DNA of 64,000 bases. Source: the human T2T-CHM13v2.0 reference genome, Homo sapiens. Of the stretch, positions 16,330-31,700 are shown piece by piece (positions within the stretch are counted from its first letter, which is position 1; each line of letters begins with the position of its first letter). The translations under genes and the position numbers were made by a program. The notes below the pieces were generated by a model that saw nothing but the letters and a program-made list of their open reading frames with translations, had not been told where the DNA came from and did not search any database. The DNA is taken from the NCBI RefSeq assembly GCF_009914755.1, contig NC_060937.1. The stretch is one strand, 5' to 3'.

Positions 16330-17230
16330 TGTACATAAAATATCAAAGTACTCAAGGTATATATTCTATACTGTACAAAAAATATCAAAGTACCCAAAGC
16401 ATGTATTATATACTGTACATAAAATATGAAAGTACGTCAAATATATATTTTATTCTGTACATAAAATATCAAAGTACACCAGATATATATTCTATAGTGT
16501 ACATAAAATAACAAAGTACACAAACTATAATTATATACTGTACATAAAATATGAAATTACATCAAATATATATTAGGTACATAAAGTATGAAAGTACATC
16601 AAATATAGATTATATACTGTACATAAAATATCAATGTACCCCAAATATATATTTTATACTCTACATGAAATATCAAAGTTCACAAACCATATATTATATA
16701 CTGTACATAAAATATCAAAGTACCCAAGGTATATATTCTATACTGTACAAAAAATATCCAAGTACCCAAAGCATGTATTATATGTGGTACATAAAATATG
16801 AAAGTACATCAAATATATATTTTATTCTGTACATAAAAAATCGAAGTACACCAGATATATATTCTATAGTGTACATAAAATATAAAAATACCCAAACTAT
16901 ACATTATATACTGTACATAAAATATGAAATTACATCAAATATATATTATATTAAGTACATAAAATATGAAAGTACATCAAATATAGATTATATACTGTAC
17001 ATATAATATCAATGTACCCCAAATATATATTTTATACTCTACATGAAATATCAAAGTTCACAAACCATATATTATATACTGTACATAAAATATCAAAGTA
17101 ACCAAGGTATATATTCTATACTGTACAAAAAATATCAAAGTACCCAAAGCATGTATTATATACTGTACATAAAATATGAAAGTACATCAAATATATATTT
17201 TATTCTGTACATAAAATATCAAAGTACACC
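16330..17230 (+). repeat. Copy 2 of the 4,830-bp-offset duplication
   Basis: Carries the same private markers as 11500-12400. Confidence 0.85.
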
Positions 17231-17859
17231 AGATATATATTCTATAGTGTACATAAAATATCAAAGTACCCAAACTATACATTATACACTGTACATAAAA
17301 TATGAAATTACATCAAATATATATTACATTAGGTACATAAAATATGAAAGTACATCAAATATAGATTATATACTGTACATAAAATACCAAAGTACCCCAA
17401 ATATATATTTTATACTGTACATGAAATATCAAAGTTCACAAACTATATATTATATACTCTACATAAAATATCAAAGTACCCAAGGTATATATTCTATACT
17501 GTACAAAAAATATCAAAGTACCCAAAGCATGTATTATATACTGTACATAAAATATGAAGTTACTTCAAATATATATTATATTAGGTACATAAAATATGAA
17601 AGTACATCAAATATAGATTATATACTGTACATAAAATATCAAAGTACCCCAAATATACATTATATAGTCTACATGAAATATCAAAATACACAAACTATAT
17701 ATTATATACTGTACATAAAATATCAAAGTACCCAAGTTATGTATTCTATACTGTACAAAAAATATCAAAGTTCCCAAAGTAAGTATTATATACCGTACAT
17801 AAAATATGAAAGTACATCAAATATATATTTTATTCTCTACATAAAATATGAATGTACAC

Positions 17860-17895
17860 AAGATATATATTTTATATATAATATAAATACATAAG
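17860..17895. other. Net 16-bp AT-rich insertion inside a divergent HOR
   Basis: GTAC-to-GTAC distance is 41 bp (17854 to 17895) instead of 25, and the HOR is 394 bp (17554 to 17948). Confidence 0.85.
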
Positions 17896-20800
17896 TACAT
17901 AAAATATCAAAGTACACAAACTATATATTATGTGCTGTACATAAAATATGAAATTTCATCAAATATATATTAGGTACATAAAATATGAAAGTACATCAAA
18001 TATAGATTGTATACTGTACATAAAATATCAAAGTACACCAAATATATATTATATACTGAACATGAAATATCAAAGTTCACAAACTATATATTATATACTG
18101 TATATAAAATATCAAAGTACCCAAGGTATATATTCTATAGTGTTCAAAAAATATCAAAGTACCCAAAGCATGTATTATATACTGTACATAAAATATGAAA
18201 GTACATCAAATATATATTTTATTCTGTACATAAAATACCAAAGTACACCAGATATATATTTTATGGTGTACATAAAATATCAATGTACCCAAACTATACA
18301 TTATATACTGTACATAAAATATCAAATTACATCAAATATATATTATATTAGGTACATAAAATATGAAAGTACATCAAATATAGATTATATTCTGTACATT
18401 AAATACCAAAGTACCCCAAATATATATTTTATACTGTACATGAAATATCAAAGTTCACAAACTACATATTATATACTGTACATATAATATCAAAGTACCC
18501 GAGGTATATATTCTATACTGTACAAAAAATAACAAAGTACCAAAAGCATGTATTATATACTGTACATAAAATATGAAAGTACATCAAATATATATTTTAT
18601 TCTGTACATAAAATATCAAAGTACACCAGATATATATTCTATAGTGTACATAAAATATCAAAGTACCCAAACTATACATTATATACTGTACATAAAATAT
18701 GAAATTACATCAAATATATATTAGGTACATAAAATATGAAAGTACATCAAATATAGATTATATACTGTACATAAAATATCAAAGTACGCCAGATATATAT
18801 TCTATAGTGTACATAAAATAACAAAGTACACAAACTATAAATTACATACTGTACATAAAATATGAAATTACATCAAATATATATTAGGTACATAAAATAT
18901 GAAAGTACATCAAATATAGATTATATACTGTACATAAAATATCAATGTACCCCAAATATATATTTTATACTCTACATGAAATATCAAAGTTCACAAACCA
19001 TATATTATATATTGTACATAAAATATCAAAGTACCCAAGGTATATATTCTATACTGTACAAAAAATATCAACGTACCCAAAGCATGTATCATATACTGTA
19101 CATAAAATATGAAAGTACATCAAATATATGTTTTATTCTGTACATAAAATATCAAAGTACACCAGATATATATTCTATAGTGTACATAAAATATCAAAGT
19201 ACCCAAACTATACATTATATACTGTACATAAAATATGAAATTACATCAAATATATTTTATATTAGGTACATAAAATATGAAAGTACATCAAATATAGATT
19301 ATATACTGTACATAAAATATCAAAGTACCCCAAATATATATTTTATACTGTACATGAAATATCAAAGTTCACAAACTATATATTATGTACTGTACATATA
19401 ATATCAAAGTACCCAAGGTATATATTCTATACTATACAAAAAATGTCAAAGTACCCAAAGCCTGTATTATATACTGTATATAAAATATGAAAGTACATTA
19501 AATACATATTTTATTCTGTACATAAAATATCAAAGTACACCAGATATATATTCTATAGTGTACATAAAATAACAAAGTACACAAACTATAAATTATATAC
19601 TGTACATAAAATATGAAATTACATCAAATATATATTAGGTACAAAAAATATGAAAGTACATCAAATATAGATTATATACGGTACATAAAATATCAATGTA
19701 CCCCAAATATATATTTTATACTCTACATGAAATATCAAAGTTCACAAACCATATATTGTATACTGTACGTAAAATATCAAAGTACCCAAGGTATGTATTC
19801 TATACTGTACAAAAAATATCAAAGTACCCAAAGCATGTATTATATACTGTACATAGAATATGAAAGTACATCAAATATATATTTTATTCTGTACATAAAA
19901 TATCAAAGTACACCAGATATATATTCTATAGTGTACATAAAATATCAAAGTACCCAAACTATACATTATATACTGTACATAAAATATGAAATTACAACAA
20001 ATATATATTATATTAGGTACATAAAATATGAAAGTACATCAAATATAGATTATATACTGTACATTAAATACCAAAGTACCCCAATTATATATTTTATAGT
20101 GTACATGAAATATCAAAGTTCACAAACTATATATTATATACTGTACATAAAATATCAAAGTACCCAAGGTATATATTCCATAGTGTACAAAAAATATCAA
20201 GGTATCCAAAGCATGTATTATATACTGTATATAAAATATGAAAGTACATTAAATATATATTTTATTCTGTACATAAAATATCAAAGTACACCAGATATAT
20301 ATTCTATAGTGTACATAAAATAACAAAGTACACAAACTATAAATTATATACTGTACATAAAATATGAAATTTCATCAAATATATATTAGGTACATAAAAT
20401 ATGAAAGTACATCAAATATAGATTATATACTGTACATAAAATATCAATGTACCCCAAATATATATTTTATACTCTACATGGAATATCAAAGTTCACAAAC
20501 CATATATTATATACTGTACATAAAATATAAAGGACCCAAGGTATATATTCTATACTGTACAAAAAATATCAAAGTACCCAAAGCATGTATCATATACTGT
20601 ACATAAAATATGAAAGTACATCGAATATATATTTTATTCTGTACATAAAATATCAAAGTACACCAGATATATATTCTATAGTGTACATAAAATATCAAAG
20701 TACCCAAACTATACATTATATTCTGTACATAAAATATGAAATTACATCAAATATATATTAGGTACATAAAATATGAAAGTACATCAAATATAGATTATAT

Positions 20801-23800
20801 ACTGTACATAAAATATCAAAGTACCCCAAATATATATTATATACTCTACATGAAATATCAAAGTTCACAAACTATATATTATATACTGTACATAAAATAT
20901 GAAATTACATCAAATATATTTTATATTAGGTACATAAAATATGAAAGAACATCAAATATAGATTATATACTTTACATTAAATACCAAAGTACCCCAAATA
21001 TATATTTTATACTGTACATGAAATATCAAAGTTCACAAACTATATTTTATATACTGTACATATAATATCAAAGTACCCAAGGTATATATTCTATACTGTA
21101 CAAAAAATAACAAAGTACCAAAATCATGTATTATATACTGTACCTAAAATATGAAAGTACATCAAATATATATTTTATTCTGTACATAAAATATCAAAGT
21201 ACACCAGATATATATTCTATAGTGTACATAAAATATCAAAGTACCCAAACTATACATTATATACTGTACATAAAATATGAAATTATATCAAATATATATT
21301 ATATTAGGTACATTAAATATGAAAGTACATCAAATATAGATTATATGCTGTACATTAAATACCAAAGTACCCCAAATATACATTTTATACTGTACGTGAA
21401 ATATCAATGTTCACAAACTATATATTATATACCGTACATAAAATATCAAAGTACCCAAGGTATATATTCTATACTGTACAAAAAATATCAAAGTACCCAA
21501 AGCATGTATTATATACTGTACATAAAATGTGAAAGTACATCAAATATATATTTTATTGTGTACATAAAATATCAAAGTACACCAGATATATATTCTAAAG
21601 TGTGCATAAAATATCAAAGTACCCAAACTATACATTATATAGTGTACATAAAAAATGAAATTACATCAAATATGTATTATATTAGGTACATAAAATATGA
21701 AAGTACATCAAATATAGATTATATACTGTACATTAAATACCAAAGTACCCCAAATATATATTTTATACTGTACATGAAATATCAAAGTTCACAAACTATA
21801 TATTATATACTGTACATAAAATATCAAAGTACCCAAGGTATATATTATATACTGTACAAAAAATATCAAAGTACCCAAAGCATGTATTTTATACTGTACA
21901 TAAAATATGAAAGTACATCAAATATATATTTTATTCTGTACATAAAATATCAAAGAACACCAGATATATATTCTATACTGTACATAAAATATCAAAGTAC
22001 ACAAACTATACATTATATACTGTACATAAAATATGAAATTACATCAAATATATATTAGGTACATAAAATATGAAAGTACATCAAATATAGATTATATACT
22101 GTACATAATATATCAAAGTACCCCAAATATATATTATATACTCTACATGAAATATCAAAGTTCACAAACTATATATTTTATACTGTACATAAAATAAAGT
22201 ACCCAAGGTATATATTCTATACTGTACAAAAAATATCAAAGTACCCAAAGCATGTATTATATACTGTACATAAAATATGAAAGTACATCAAATATATATT
22301 TTATTCTGTACATAAAATATCAAAGTACACCAGATATATATTCTATAGTGTACATAAAATATCAAAGTACCCAAACTATACATTATATACTGTACATAAA
22401 ATATGAAATTACATCAAATATATTTTATATTAGGTACATAAAATATGAAAGTACATCAAATATAGATTATATACTGTACATTAAATACCAAAGTATCCCA
22501 AATATATATTTTATACTCTACATGAAATATCAAAGTTCACAAACTATATATTCTATACTGTACATATAATATCAAAGTACCCAAGGTATATATTCTATAC
22601 TGTACAAAAAATAACAAATTAACAAAAGCATGTATTATATACTGTACCTAAAATATGAAAGTACATCAAATATATATTTTATTCTGTACATAAAATATCA
22701 AAGTACACCAGATATATATTCTATAGTGTACCTAAAATATCAAAATACCCAAGCTATACATTATATACTGTACATAAAATATGAAATTACATCAAATATA
22801 TATTATATTAGTTACATAAAATATGAAAGTACATCAAATATAGATTATACACTGTACATAAAATATCAAGGTACCCCAAATATATATTATATACTCTACA
22901 TGAAATATCAAAGTTCACAAACTATATATTATATACTGTACATAAAATATCAAAGTACCCAAGGTATATATTCTATACTGCACAAAAAATTTCAAAGTAC
23001 CCAAATCATGTATTATATACTGTATATAAAATATGAAAGTACATCAAATATATATTTTATTCTGTACATAAAATATCAAAGTACACCAGATATATATTCT
23101 ATAGTGTACATAAAATAACAAAGTACACAAACTATAAATTATATACTGTACATAAAATATGAAATTACATCAATTATATATTAGGTACATAAAATATGAA
23201 AGTACATCAAATATAGATTATATGCTGTACATAAAATATCAATGTACCCCAAATATATATTTTATACTCTACATGAAATATCAAAGTTCACAAACCATAT
23301 ATTATATACTGTACATAAAATATCAAAGTACCCAAGGTATATATTCTATACTGTACAAAAAATATCAAAGTACCCAAAGCATGTATAATATACTGTACAT
23401 AAAATATGAAAGTACATCAAATATATATTTTATTCTGTACATAAAATATCAAAGTACACCAGATATATATTCTATAGTGTACATAAAATAGCAAAGTACA
23501 CAAATTATATACTGTACATAAAATATGAAATTACATCAAATATATATTAGGTACATAAAATATGAAAGTACATCAAATATAGATTATATACTGTACATAA
23601 AATATCAATGTACCCCAAATATATATTTTATACTCTACATGAAATACCAAAGTTCACAAACCATATATTATATACTGTACATAAAATATCAAAGTACCCA
23701 AGGTATATATTCTATACTATACAAAAAATATCAAAGTACCCAAAGCATGTATTATATACTGTACATAAAATATGAAAGTACATCAAATATATATTTTATT

Positions 23801-26800
23801 CTGTACATAAAATATCAAAGTACACCAGATATATATTCTATACTGTACATAAAATAACAAAGTACACAAACTATAAATTATATACTGTACATAAAATATG
23901 AAATTACATCAAATATATATTAGGTACATAAAATATGAAAGTACATCAAATATAGATTATATACTGTACGTAACATATCAATGTACCGCAAATATATATT
24001 TTATACTCTACATGAAATATCAAAGTTCACAAACCATATATTATATACTGTACATAAAATATCAAAGTACCCAAGGTATATATTCTATACTATACAAAAA
24101 ATATCAAAGTACCCAAAGCATGTATTATATACTGTACATAAAATATGAAAGTACATCTAATATATATTTTATTCTGTACATATAATATCAAAGTACACCA
24201 AATATATATTATATACTGTACATGAAATATCAAAGTTCACAAACCATATATTATATACTGTACATAAAATATGAAATTACATCAAATATATATTATATTA
24301 GGTACATAAAATATGAAAGTACATCAAATATAGATTATATACTGTACATAAAATATCAAAGTACCCCAAATATAGATTATATACTCTACAGGAAATATCA
24401 AAGTTCACAAACCATATATTATATACTGTACATAAAATATCAAAGTACCCAAGGTATATATTCTATACTGTACAAAAAATATCAAAGTACCCAAAGCATG
24501 TATTATATACTGTACATAAAATATGAAAGTACATCAAATATATATTTTATCCTGTACATAAAATATCAAAGTACACCAGATACATATTCTATAGTGTACA
24601 TAAAATATCAAAGTACCCAAACTATACATTATTTACTGTACATAAAATATGAAATTTCATCAAATAGATATTATATTAGGTACATAAAATATGAAAGTAC
24701 ATCAAATATAGATTATATACTGTACATTAAATAACAAAGTACCCCAAATATATATTTTATACTGTACATGAAATATCAAAGTTCACACACTATATATTAT
24801 ATACTGTACATAAAATATCAAAGTACCCAACGTATATATTCTATACTGTACAAAAAATATCAAAGTACCCAAAGCATGTATTATATACTGTACATAAAAT
24901 ATGAAAGTAAATCAAATATATATTTTATTCCGTACATAAAATTTCAAAGTACACCAGATATATATTCTATAGCGTACATAAAATATCAAAGTACACAAAC
25001 TATACATTATATACTGTACATAAAATATGAAATTACATCAAATATATATTATATTAGGTACATAAAATATGAAAGTACATCAAATATAGATTATATACTG
25101 TACATTAAATACGAAAGTACCCCAAATATATATTATATACTCTACATGAAATATCAAAGTTCACAAACTATATATTATATACTGTACATAAAATATCAAA
25201 GTACCCAAGGTATATATTCTATACTGTACAAAAAATATCAAAGTACCCAAAGCATGTATTATATACTGTATATAAAATATGAAAGTACATCAAATATATA
25301 TTTTATTCTGTACATAAAATATCAAAGTACACCAGATATATATTCTATAGTGTACATAAAATAACAAAGTACAAAAACTATAAATTATATCCTGTACATA
25401 AAATATGAGATTACATCAAATATATATTAGGTACATAAAATATGAAAGTACATCAAATATAGATTATATACTGTACATAAAATATCAATGTACCCCAAAT
25501 ATATATTTTATACTCGACATGAAATATCAAAGTTCACAAACCATATATTATATACTGTACATAAAATATCAAAGTACCCAAGGTATATACTCTATACTGT
25601 ACAAAAAATATCAAAGTACCCAAAGCATGTATTATATACTGTACATAAAATATGAAAGTACATCAAATATATATTTTATTCTGTACATAAAATATCAAAG
25701 TACACCAGATATATATTCTATAGTGTACATAAAATATCAAAGTACCCAAACTATACATTATATACTGTACATAAAATATGAGATTACATCAAATATATAT
25801 TATATTAGGTACATAAAATATGAAAGTTCATCAAATATAGATTATATACTGTACATAAAATATCAAAGTACCCCAAATATATATTATATACTCTACAGGA
25901 AATATCAAAGTTCACACACTATATATTATATACTGTACATAAAATATCAAAGTACCCAAGCTATATATTCTATACTGTACCAAAAATATCAAAGTACCCA
26001 AAGCATGTATTATATTCTGTATATAAAATATGAAAGTACATCAAATATATATTTTATTCTGTACATAAAATATCAAAGTACACCAGATATATATTCTATA
26101 GTGTACATAAAATAACAAAGTACACAAACTATAAATTTTATACTGTACATAAAATATGAAATTACATCAAATATATATTAGGTACATAAAATATGAAAGT
26201 ACATCAAATATAGATTATATACTGTACATATAATATCAATGTACCCCAAATATATATTTTATTCTCTACATGAAATATCAAAGTTCACAAACCATATATT
26301 ATATACTGTACATAAAATATCAAAGTAACAAAGGTATATATTCTATACTGTACAAAAAATATCAAAGTACCCAAAGCATGTATTATATACTGTACATAAA
26401 ATATGAAACTACATCAAATATATATTTTATTCTGTACATAAAATATCAAAGTACACCAGATATATATTCTATAGTGTACATAAAATAACAAAGTACACAA
26501 ACTATAAATTATATACTGTATATAAAATATGAAATTACATCAAATATATATTAGGTACATAAAATATGAAAGTACATCAAATATAGATTATATACTGTAC
26601 AAAATGTATCAATGTACCACAAATATATATTTTATACTCTACATGAAATATCAAAGTTCACAAACCATATCTTATATACTGTACATAAAATATCAAAGTA
26701 CCCAAGGTATATATTCTATACTGTACAAAAAATATCAAAGTACCAAAAGCATGTATTATATACTGTACATAAAATATGAAATTACATCAAATATATATTT

Positions 26801-27279
26801 TATTCTGTACATAAAATATCAAAGTACACCAGATATATATTCTATAGTGTACATAAAATATCAAAGTACCCAAACTATACATTATATACTGTACATAAAA
26901 TATGAAATTACACCAAATATATTTTATATTAGGTACATAAAATATGAAAGTACATCAAATATAGATTATATACTGTACATTAAATACCAAAGTACCCCAA
27001 ATATATATTTTATACTGTACATGAAATATCAAAGTTCACAAACTATATATTATATACTCTACATGTAATATCAAAGTACCCGAGGTATATATTCTATACT
27101 TTACAAAAAATAACAAAGTACCAAAAGCATGTATTATATACTGTACCTAAAATATGAAAGTACATCAAATATATATTTTATTCTGTACATAAAATATCAA
27201 AGTACACCAGATATATATTCTATAGTGTACATAAAATATCAAAGTACCCAAACTATACATTATATACTGTACATAAAAT

Positions 27280-28371
27280 ATGAAATTACATCAAATATAT
27301 ATTATATTAGGTACATAAAATATGAAAGTACATCAAATATATATTTTATTCTGTACATAAAATATCAAAGTACACCAGATATATATTCTATAGTGTACAT
27401 AAAATATCAAAGTACCCAAACTATACATTATATACTGTACATAAAATATGAAATTACATCAAATATATTTTATATTAGGTACATAAAATATGAAAGTACA
27501 TCAAATATAGATTATATACTGTACATTAAATACCAAAGTACCCCAAATATATATTTTATACTGTACATGAAATATCAAAATACACAAACTATATATTATA
27601 TGCTGTACATAAAATATCAAAGTACCCAAGGTATATATTCTATACTGTACAAAAAATAACAAAGTACCAAAAGCATGTATAATATACTGTACATAAAATA
27701 TGAAAGTACATCAAATATATATTTTATTCTGTACATAAAATATCAAAGTACACCAGATATATATTCTATAGTGTACAAAAAATATCAAAGTACCCAAACT
27801 ATACATTATATACTGTAAATAAAATATGAAATTACATCAAATATATTTTATATTAGGTACATAAAATATGAAAGTACATCAAATATATATTTTATTCTGT
27901 ACATAAAATATCAAAGTACACCAGATATATATTCTATAGTGTACATAAAATATCAAAGTACCCAAACTATACATTATATACTGTACATAAAATATGAAAT
28001 TACATCAAATATATTTTATATTAGGTACATAAAATATGAAAGTACATCAAATATAGATTATATACTGTACATTAAATACCAAAGTACCCCAAATATATAT
28101 TTTATACTGTACATGAAATATCAAAATACACAAACTATATATTATATACTGTACATAAAATATCAAAACACCCAAGGTATATATTCTATACTGTACAAAA
28201 AATAAAAAAGTACCAAAAGCATGTATAATATACTGTACATAAAATATGAAAGTACATCAAATATATATTTTATTCTGTACATAAAATATCAAAGTACACC
28301 AGATATATATTCTATAGTGAACATAAAATATCAAAGTACCCAAACTATACATTATATACTGTACATAAAAT
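27280..28371 (+). repeat. Tandem pair of 546-bp 13-mer units (4-mer + 9-mer)
   Basis: HOR starts at 27280, 27448, 27826, 27994 and 28372 give spacings of 168, 378, 168 and 378. ORF ends at 27659 and 28205 differ by 546. Confidence 0.85.
27448..27825 (+). repeat. Example full-length 378-bp HOR (9 x 42)
   Basis: ATGAAATTAC occurs at 27448 and 27826, and monomer 1 keeps the TATATT before AGGTAC. Confidence 0.93.
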
Positions 28372-28789
28372 ATGAAATTACATCAAATATATTTTATATT
28401 AGGTACATAAAATATGAAAGTACATCAAATATAGATTATATACTGTACATTAAATACCAAAGTACCCCAAATATATATTTTATTCTGTACATGAAATATC
28501 AAAATACACTAACTATATATTATATACTGTACATAAAATATTAAAGTACCCAAGGTATATATTCTATATTGTACAAAAAATAACAAAGTACCAAAAGCAT
28601 GTATAATATACTGTACATAAAATATGAAAGTACATCAAATATATATTTTATTCTGTACATAAAATATCAAAGTACACCAGATATATATTCTATAGTGTAC
28701 ATAAAATATCAAAGTACCCAAACTATACATTATATACTGTACATAAAATATGAAATTACATCAAATATATTTTATATTAGGTACATAAA

Positions 28790-31700
28790 ATATGAAAGTA
28801 CATCAAATATAGATTATATACTGTACATTAAATATCAAAGTACGCCAAATATATATTATATACTGTACATGAAATATCAAAGTTCACAAACTATATATTA
28901 TATTCTGTACATAAAATATCAAAGTACCCAAGGTATATATTCTATACTGTACAAAAAGTATCAAAGTACCCAAAGCATGTATTATATACTGTATATAAAA
29001 TATGAAAGTACATCAAATATATATTTCATTCTGTACAGAAAATATCAAAGTACACCAGATATATATTCTATAGTGTACATAAAATAACAAAGTACACAAA
29101 CTATAAATTATATGCTGTACATAAAATATGAAATTACATCAAATATATATTAGGTACATAAAATATGAAAGTACATCAAATATAGATTCTATACTGTACA
29201 TATAATATCAATATACCCCAAATATATATTTTATACTCTACATGAAATATCAAAGTTCACAAACCATATATTATATACTGTACATAAAATGTCAAAGTAC
29301 CCAAGGTATATATTCTATACTGTACAAATAATATCAAAGTACCCAAAGCATGTATTATATACTGTACATAAAATATGAAAGTACATCAAATATATATTTT
29401 ATTCTGTACATAAAATATCAAAGTACACCAGATATATATAGTGTACATAAAATATCAAAGTTCCCAAACTATACATTATATAATGTACATAAAATATGAA
29501 ATTACATCAAATATATATTAGGTACATAAAATATGAAAGTACATCAAATATAGATTATATACTGTACATAAAATATCAAAGTACCCCAAATATATTTTAA
29601 ATACTGTAATGAAATATCAAATTTCACAAACTATATATTATATACTGTACATAAAATATCAAAGTACCCAAGGTATATATTCTATACTGTACAAAAAATA
29701 TCAAAGTACCCAAAGCATGTATTATATACTGTAGATAAAATATGAAAGTACATCAAATATGTATTTTATTCTGTACATAGAATATCAAAGTACACCAGAT
29801 ATATATTCTATAGTGTACATAAAATAACAAAGTACACAAACTATACATTATATACTGTACATAAAATATGAAATTACATCAAATATATATTAGTTACATA
29901 AAATATGAAAGTACATCAAATATAAATTATATACTGTACATAAAATATCAATGTACTCCAAATATATATTTTATACTCTACTTGAAATATCAGAGTTCAC
30001 AAACCATATATTATATACTGTACATAAAATATCAAAGTACCCAAGGTATATATTCTATACTGTACAAAAAATGTCAAAGTACCCAAGGCATGTATTATAT
30101 ACTGTACATAAAATATGAAAGTACATCAATTATATATTTTATTCTGTACATAAAATATCAAAGTACACCAGATATATATTCTATAGTGTACATAAAATAT
30201 CAAAGTACCCAAACAATACATTATATACTGTACATAAAATATGAAATTACATCAAATATATATTATATTAGGTACATAAAATATGAAAGTACATCAAATA
30301 TAGATTATACACACTACATAAAATATCAAAGTACCCCAAATATATATTATATACTGTACATGAAATATCAAAGTTCACAAACCATATATTATATACTGTA
30401 CATAAAATATCAAAGTACCCAAGGTATATATTCTATACTGTACAAGAAATATCAAAATACCAAAAGCATGTATTATATACTGTAGATAAAGTATGAAATT
30501 ACATCAAATATATATATTATTCTGTACATAAAATATCAAAGTACACCAGATATATATTCTATAGTGTACATAAAATATCAAAGTACCCAAACTACAAATT
30601 TTATACTTTACATAAAATATGAAATTACATCAAATATATATTAGGTACATAAAATATGAAAGTACATCAAATATACATTATATACTGTACGTAAAATATC
30701 AAAGTACCACAAATATATATTATATACTGTACATGAAATATCAAAGTTCACAAACCATATATTATATACTGTACATAAAATATCAAAGTACCCAAGGTAT
30801 GTATTCTGTACTGTACAAAAAATATCAAAGTACGCAAAGCATGTATTATATACTGTACATAAAATATGAAAGTACATCAATTATATATTTTATTCTGTAC
30901 ATAAAATATCAAAGTACACCAGGTATATATTCTATAGTGTACATAAAATAACAAAGTACCCAAACGATACATTATATACTGTACATAAAATATGAAATTA
31001 CATCAAATATATATTATATTAGGTACATAAATTATGAAAGTAGATCAAATATAGATTATATACTGTACATTAAATACCAAAGTACCCCAAATATATATTT
31101 TATACTGTACATGAAATATCAAAGTTCACAAACTATATATTATATACTGTACATAAAATATCAAAGTACCCAAGGTATATATTCTATACTGTACAAAAAA
31201 TATCAAAGTACCAAAAGCATGTATTATATACTGTACATAAAATATGAATGTACATCAAATATATATTTTATTCTGTACATAAAATATGAAAGTACACCAG
31301 ATATATATTCTATAGTGTACATAAAATATCAAAGTACCCAAACTATACATTATATACTGTACATAAAATATGAAATTACATCAAATATATATTATATTAG
31401 GTACATAAAATATGAAAGTACATCAAATATAGATTATACACTGTACATTAAATATCAAAGTACGCCAAATATATATTATATACTGTACATGAAATATCAA
31501 AGTTCACAAACTATATATTATATACTGTACATAAAATATCAAAGTACCCAAGGTATATATTCTATACTGTACAAAAAGTATCAAAGTACCCAAAGCATGT
31601 ATTATATACTGTATATAAAATATGAATATACATCAAATATATATTTTATTCTGTACAGAAAATATCAAAGTACACCAGATATATATTCTATAGTGTACAT

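Noticed and set aside
17860-17895. Possible mobile-element remnant at the insertion
   Set aside because: It is only 16 bp of low-complexity AT sequence, with no clear target-site duplication, poly(A) tail or terminal repeat.
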